From a virus (taxonomy: Duplodnaviria; Heunggongvirae; Uroviricota; Caudoviricetes), in the IMG/VR virus record IMGVR_UViG_2671180778_000001: a stretch of 7,668 nucleotides of DNA. One strand, given 5' to 3'. Positions 1-7,668 of this stretch are shown here, one piece after another. Position 1 is the stretch's first letter, and each line of letters opens with the position of its first letter. The notes beneath the pieces are model-generated. The model saw nothing but the letters and a program-made list of their open reading frames with translations. It had not been told where the DNA came from and searched no databases. The position numbers were made by a program, and so were the translations under genes.

Positions 1-1
1 C

Positions 2-82
2 GTCATTGAACATATCCAGGACTGGCCGGCAAACCGGGTACGCGATCTGTTGCCCTGGAAAGTTGATCTGAGCTCTCAGTAA
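2..82 (+). CDS. 3' end of an unidentified plus-strand ORF (26 codons visible, ...VIEHIQDWPANRVRDLLPWKVDLSSQ, stop TAA 80-82); 5' end lies outside the window
   Basis: Open frame from window edge to TAA at 80-82, convergent with the integrase gene 41 bp away. Too short to identify; not in ORF track because below its length cutoff. Could also be non-coding. Confidence 0.2.
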   Translation, partial: VIEHIQDWPANRVRDLLPWKVDLSSQ

Positions 83-123
83 ATATCAATACGGTTCTGA
101 CGAGTCGCTTACTTTTTTTCATG

Positions 124-1359
124 TTAACCAGCCTTTTGTTTGAGGATTGTCACTTTTGAATCAGCACCTGCGATGCTATTGAGATATGTAGTCCAGAGTT
201 CCAGAGCATCCAGTTTTTTAGCCATAAACTTACTCCGGTTGTAAACACCTGCCACGCCAGGTAGCGCATGGCCTAACAGTTGTTCTACTACATAAAATTC
301 AACACCGAGATCACTTAGATGAGTAGATAGCGTTCTTCTAAGGTCGTGTAGTGACCATTGTTTTTCATGGCCCAAACGTTTACCGATTTTCCCCCCAATC
401 TTGCTTACGCTTTCTCTAATTCGCAGACTTCCCAGCACATAACCAGTATGTTTTGTCTCTTCGTGAACATCCGTTACCCACTGTCGTAGAATTTCAGGTA
501 CTGGTCTGACGATTTCAACACCAGTTTTTGAGTGATCTTTTGGTACAGTCCAAACCCAACTTTCGAGATCCCATTCGCTCCATTCTGATAATCGGGCTTC
601 ACTCATTCGACATCCAAATACTGTACAAAGCACAAACATTTTTCGCGTGTATTCAGACATTAGTTTTAAATCAGGCTCGACAAAAATTGCCTTCCAGAGC
701 TGGCCGAGTTCGGCTTCATCCAGAACCCGATCCCGCTTACCTGCAATCTGCCCCACATCACTCATGCGCAAATCCTTTAAAGCATCACACGTCGCGTACT
801 GGCGTACCCGACAAAAACGAAGAGCTAATTTAGTGTCAGAAAAAACATACGCCGCCATAACTGGTGCATTACGTTTAATTCGGTCAAAACAGTCCAGCCA
901 TTCATATAGGTGAGTGTCATTTACGGGCAAATGACCGATATAGGGAAAGATATGCTTTCGAAATCTGCCAAGCGTTACAGCATGAGTTTTACGACGCACC
1001 TTACAGTAATTTTCATACCAGTAATTTAGTGCATCCTCCACTGTGACCGGCTTTAAGCGTTCTTCAGCCTGAATCTTAATCTGGATACGCGGATCACGTT
1101 TGTCAGCCAACCAACCACGGCACTCGTCGCGCTTTTCCCTTGCCTGTTTGAGTGACATATCAGGATATTTACCCAACGTTAGCCAGACCGGAGCAGCCCG
1201 GCCACCTGCTAACCTGTAGAAGAAAACAAAGCTCACAGCCCCTTTAGTACTCACACGAATAGAAAGCCCCTTTCCATCAGCAATGGTGATCTGCTTTTCT
1301 CTGGGTTTCCCCAGATATCCTTTAAGCGCTTTGTCGCTCAGTTTGTTCTCGCCAGCCAT
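124..1359 (-). CDS. int: Tyrosine recombinase / phage integrase, P4-type (N-terminal DUF4102-like arm-binding domain plus C-terminal catalytic domain)
   Basis: Track ORF 124-1410. N-terminal pattern LSDKALKGYLGKP...DGKGLSIRVSTKGAVSFVFFYRLAGG typical of P4/CP4-57-type integrases; C-terminal HDLRRT and GVYNRSKF motifs consistent with tyrosine recombinase HxxR/Y catalytic residues. I place the start at ATG 1359-1357 (MAGENKL...) because the track start at 1410 is a GTG and the extra 17 codons (LQSSLYCSLYCFLGLK) translate a DNA direct repeat. Stop TAA at 126-124. Confidence 0.85.
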   Translation of the reverse strand: MAGENKLSDKALKGYLGKPREKQITIADGKGLSIRVSTKGAVSFVFFYRLAGGRAAPVWLTLGKYPDMSLKQAREKRDECRGWLADKRDPRIQIKIQAEERLKPVTVEDALNYWYENYCKVRRKTHAVTLGRFRKHIFPYIGHLPVNDTHLYEWLDCFDRIKRNAPVMAAYVFSDTKLALRFCRVRQYATCDALKDLRMSDVGQIAGKRDRVLDEAELGQLWKAIFVEPDLKLMSEYTRKMFVLCTVFGCRMSEARLSEWSEWDLESWVWTVPKDHSKTGVEIVRPVPEILRQWVTDVHEETKHTGYVLGSLRIRESVSKIGGKIGKRLGHEKQWSLHDLRRTLSTHLSDLGVEFYVVEQLLGHALPGVAGVYNRSKFMAKKLDALELWTTYLNSIAGADSKVTILKQKAG

Positions 1360-1521
1360 TTTTAGCCCCAAAAAGCAATACAAGCTGCAATACAGAGATG
1401 ATTGCAACACACAGATAACGAGGAAAATTCAGTGAAAGCACCAGATAAACTTATTCTTTATTATCAAAAGATTAAGTGTAAAAACCAGCAACTACACGAA
1501 AGCCTCAGAAAGCCATGCTAA
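1360..1521 (-). promoter_or_regulatory. AT-rich integrase upstream region; probable int promoter/operator and possible att-proximal recombinase or IHF binding sites
   Basis: Non-coding gap between the E truncation point and the int start. Contains direct repeat GCAATACA x2, inverted repeat GATAA(N12)TTATC at 1444-1465, and an IHF-consensus-like TATCAAaagaTTA at 1462-1474. No clean sigma70 -35/-10 pair could be fitted by eye. Confidence 0.3.
1375..1394. repeat. Short direct repeat GCAATACA (1375-1382 and 1387-1394) separated by 4 bp
   Basis: Read directly from sequence; lies just upstream of the proposed int ATG. Function unknown (operator or arm-type site candidate). Confidence 0.5.
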
Positions 1522-1767
1522 GTGCTTCGGCTTGACATATCCCGGTGTAAATTCAGAGGTGGAGCCGCCACGGGAGCGGATAACCTCACCGGAAACAATC
1601 GGCGAAACGTACAGCGCCATGTTTACCAGTCCCGGAATTTGTGAGAGATAGACTTTCTCCGTGGTGAAGGGATAGCTCTCACGGAAAAAGAGACGCAGAA
1701 ACAGCGGATCAAACTTAAATTTCTTCTCATTTGCCGCCAGCAGCTGGGCGGTTGTGTACATCGACAT
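1492..1767 (-). pseudogene. E: Truncated major capsid protein gene (lambda E-like): codons 1-82 intact (1767-1522), then 9 unrelated codons (LAWLSEAFV) and stop TAG at 1494-1492
   Basis: Translation MSMYTTAQLLAANEKKFKFDPLFLRLFFRESYPFTTEKVYLSQIPGLVNMALYVSPIVSGEVIRSRGGSTSEFTPGYVKPKH matches the N-terminus of lambda gpE as I recall it (full length ~341 aa). D-E gap is 55 bp as in lambda. Track ORF start at 1794 is an upstream GTG artifact. Confidence 0.85.
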
Positions 1768-1780
1768 AAAAAAATCCCGT

Positions 1781-1802
1781 AAAAAAAGCCGCACAGGCGG
1801 CC
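1781..1802 (-). terminator. Short GC hairpin (GCCGC-ACAG-GCGGC on plus strand, 1788-1801) followed on the minus strand by a 7-nt U tract (1787-1781), in the D-E intergenic region; weak intrinsic terminator-like or mRNA-stabilising structure
   Basis: Seen in sequence: 5-bp perfect stem, 4-nt loop, then T7 on the transcribed strand, 21 nt downstream of the D stop. Stem is short, so termination efficiency is probably low. Confidence 0.35.
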
Positions 1803-1822
1803 TTTAGTGATGAAGGGTAAGG

Positions 1823-2155
1823 TTAAACGATGCTGATTGCCGTTCCGGCAAACGCGGTCCGTTTTTTCGTCTCGTCGCTGGCAGCCTCCGGCCAGAGCAC
1901 ATCCTCATAACGGAACGTGCCGGACTTGTAGAACGTCAGCGTGGTGCTGGTCTGGTCAGCATCAACCGCCAGAATGCCAACGGCAGTACCGTCGGTGGTG
2001 CCATCCCACGCAACCAGCTTACGGGTGGAGGTGTCCAGCATCAGCGGGGTCATTGCAGGCGCTTTCGCACTCAATCCGCCGGGCGCGGTTGCCGTATGTG
2101 CCGGGTCACTGTTGCCCAGCGGCTGGTAATGGGTAAAGGTTTCTTTGCTCGTCAT
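1823..2155 (-). CDS. D: Head decoration protein (lambda gpD-like), 110 aa
   Basis: Translation [40 protein letters not shown]...[10 protein letters not shown] closely resembles lambda gpD. Start taken at ATG 2155-2153 (GGGA 5 nt upstream); track ORF starts two codons earlier at 2161. Stop TAA 1825-1823. Confidence 0.9.
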   Translation of the reverse strand: MTSKETFTHYQPLGNSDPAHTATAPGGLSAKAPAMTPLMLDTSTRKLVAWDGTTDGTAVGILAVDADQTSTTLTFYKSGTFRYEDVLWPEAASDETKKRTAFAGTAISIV

Positions 2156-2164
2156 AAACATCCC

Positions 2165-2770
2165 TTACACTGGTGTGTTCAGCAAATCGTTAACGGCATC
2201 AGATGCCGGGTTACCTGCAGCCAGCGGTGCCGGTGCCCCCTGCATCAGACGATCCAGCGCAGTGTCACTGCGCGCCTGTGCACTCTGTGGTGCAGCTGCC
2301 AGAATGCGGCGGGCCGTTTCCACGGTCATACCGGGGGTTTCTGCCAGCACGCGGGCCTGTTCTTCGCGTCCGTGAGCCTCCTCACAGTTGAGGATCCCCA
2401 TAATGCGGCTATTTTCTGCCGCAACCGCAGCGGTGATCTGCGCGTTCACGTCCGGCTGCGCCGCGCTGGCGTTTTCGCCCTCCGTCGCTGGCACCACGTC
2501 AGTAACGTCAGTCTGCGAAGCAGTGGCTGAAACAGTTGTTGATTGAGTCTCTTTGGTCATTCGTCCTCCTGAGAGACGGGATTTACGCGCATCCAGTGCA
2601 TCACGCATGACGGTGATCGCATCGGTGCTGTTAACAAGTTCATCAGCCAGTCCGGCATCAATGGCCTCCTGACCGCTGTACACTGCAGCCTCGGTATCCA
2701 GCACAGCCTGCACAGACAGGCCGGTATATGCCGACACCTTCTGCGCAAACATCTGGCGGGTTGCGTCCAT
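2165..2770 (-). CDS. nu3: Scaffolding protein Nu3, in-frame internal start within C (nested gene), ~201 aa
   Basis: Established lambda biology: Nu3 is translated from an internal in-frame start inside C. An in-frame ATG is present at 2770-2768 (MDATRQMFAQKV...). Exact internal start recalled from the lambda annotation, not verified here. Confidence 0.5.
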   Translation of the reverse strand: MDATRQMFAQKVSAYTGLSVQAVLDTEAAVYSGQEAIDAGLADELVNSTDAITVMRDALDARKSRLSGGRMTKETQSTTVSATASQTDVTDVVPATEGENASAAQPDVNAQITAAVAAENSRIMGILNCEEAHGREEQARVLAETPGMTVETARRILAAAPQSAQARSDTALDRLMQGAPAPLAAGNPASDAVNDLLNTPV

Positions 2771-3464
2771 CCGGGACTGCAGTGTCTCCCGGACGTCATC
2801 CGGAAGATGGCTGTAGGGATTGCCATCCACCTTATGGCTGCCGCTGTAAATCAGCGTGATTTCCACACCCTGTTTCTCCAGGGCAGCACCGTAATTACTG
2901 TGAGCCATCATGACGCCGATGGAGCCTGTCCGGGCGGTCTGCGTGACCAGACGCCGGGAGGCGGCACTGGCAAGCAGCTGACCTGCACTGCAGTTCATGT
3001 CGTTGGCCAGCGCCCATACCGGTTTTATGTCTCGCACACGGGCGATGATGTCAGCGCAGTCAAATGCCCCCGCCACCATTCCGCCTGGCGTGTCCATATC
3101 GAGCAGAATGCCGTCCACCATCGGGTCGCTGGCAGCCTGTTGCAGACGGGCGATAATGCCGTTGTAACCGGTCATCCCCGAGTACGGCTGCAGCGCCCGC
3201 GTCCGGCTGACCAGCGTGCCGGACACCGGCAGCACGGCGATGCCGTTCATGACCTGATAACTGCGGGCCTGTCGTGGTCCGTCATCATCACCGGATAATG
3301 CCAGCGTCGCGAGTGCCTCCTGGGCAGTCAGGCTGTCGCCGGACACCGCATCCGTCAGGCGGCTGATCCCAAGCTGGCCTGCAAGCGCACAAAAGAAAAC
3401 CCGCGCATAGGCGGGTTCAAGCATCAGCGGCTCATTAAAGGCCATGCTGGCAATATGCGGGAGA

Positions 3465-3484
<20 letters not shown>
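2165..3484 (-). CDS. C: Capsid assembly protease C (lambda gpC-like, S49/SppA-type peptidase), 439 aa
   Basis: Translation from MTAELRNLPHIASMAFNEPLMLEPAYARVFF... matches lambda gpC. Start assigned to GTG 3484-3482 preceded by strong Shine-Dalgarno GAGGAGGAG (minus strand); the track ORF extends to 3631 but that extension overlaps the portal gene 3' end. Stop TAA 2167-2165. Confidence 0.85.
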
Positions 3485-7165
<3,681 letters not shown>

Positions 7166-7191
<26 letters not shown>

Positions 7192-7668
7192 TCAGCAACC
7201 CCGGTATCAGTTCATCCAGCGCGGCTGCTTTGTTCATGGCTTTGATGATATCCCGTTTCAGGAAATCAACATGTCGGTTTTCCAGTTCCGGAAAACGCCG
7301 CTGCACCGACAGGGGGATCCCGTCGAGAATACTGGCAATTTCACCTGCGATCCGCGACAACACGAAAGTACAGAATGCGGTTTCCACCACTTCAGCGGAG
7401 TCTCTGGCATTCTTCAGTTCCTGTGCGTCGGCCTGCGCACGCGTAAGTCGATGGCGTTCGTACTCAATAGTCCCTGGCTGGAGATCTGCCTCGCTGGCCT
7501 GCCGCAGTTCTTCAACCTCCCGGCGCAGCTTTTCGTTCTCAATTTCAGCATCCCTTTCGGCATACCATTTTATGACGGCGGCAGAGTCATAAAGCACCTC
7601 ATTACCCTTGCCACCGCCTCGCAGAACGGGCATTCCCTGTTCCTGCCAGTTCTGAATGGTACGGATAC
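7166..7668 (-). CDS. nu1: Terminase small subunit (lambda Nu1-like), 5'-partial: N-terminal ~14 codons lie beyond the window end
   Basis: Track ORF 7166-7633 (MPVLRGGGKGNEVLYDSAAVIKWYAERDAEIENEKLRREVEEL...EYIEQSG) matches lambda Nu1; the frame stays open upstream to the window edge (…IRTIQNWQEQG-MPVL), consistent with the Nu1 HTH region. Stop TAA 7168-7166. Confidence 0.9.

Noticed and set aside
528-913. Plus-strand ORFs 528-833 and 647-913
   Set aside because: Antisense to the integrase coding region; translations are low-complexity and have no recognisable domain.
1-1521. tRNA gene or attachment-site tRNA fragment next to the integrase
   Set aside because: No tRNA-like sequence (no T-arm GGTTCGAATCC-type motif, no cloverleaf-compatible segment) seen on either side of int within the window.
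1768-1794. Upstream extension of the E stump to 1794 (MRLFLRDFF)
   Set aside because: Starts at a GTG inside the D-E intergenic hairpin; the canonical ATG (MSMYTT) is at 1767.
7634-7668. cos site / terminase binding site
   Set aside because: By collinearity with lambda, cos would lie about 230 bp beyond the right window edge, so it cannot be assessed here.

Overview
The window is almost entirely minus-strand phage DNA. Positions ~1522-7668 hold a lambda-type head/packaging module in canonical order (terminase small subunit Nu1, 5' end off-window; terminase large subunit A; head-tail joining W; portal B; protease/scaffold C with nested Nu3; decoration protein D), with ORF lengths and overlaps matching phage lambda as I recall it. 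The major capsid gene E is present only as its first 82 codons; at ~1521/1522 the lambda-like sequence stops and is replaced by a lower-GC segment carrying a P4-family tyrosine integrase (124-1359, same strand). A 26-codon 3' end of a convergent plus-strand ORF sits at the left edge. No tRNA, CRISPR array, rRNA or recognisable defence system was seen. The most notable structure is the abrupt E-truncation/integrase junction, which implies a defective prophage remnant or an integrative element inserted into the capsid gene; I do not see evidence for a genuinely new system. All homology statements rest on reading the translated ORFs against remembered lambda and P4-type integrase sequences, not on a database search.
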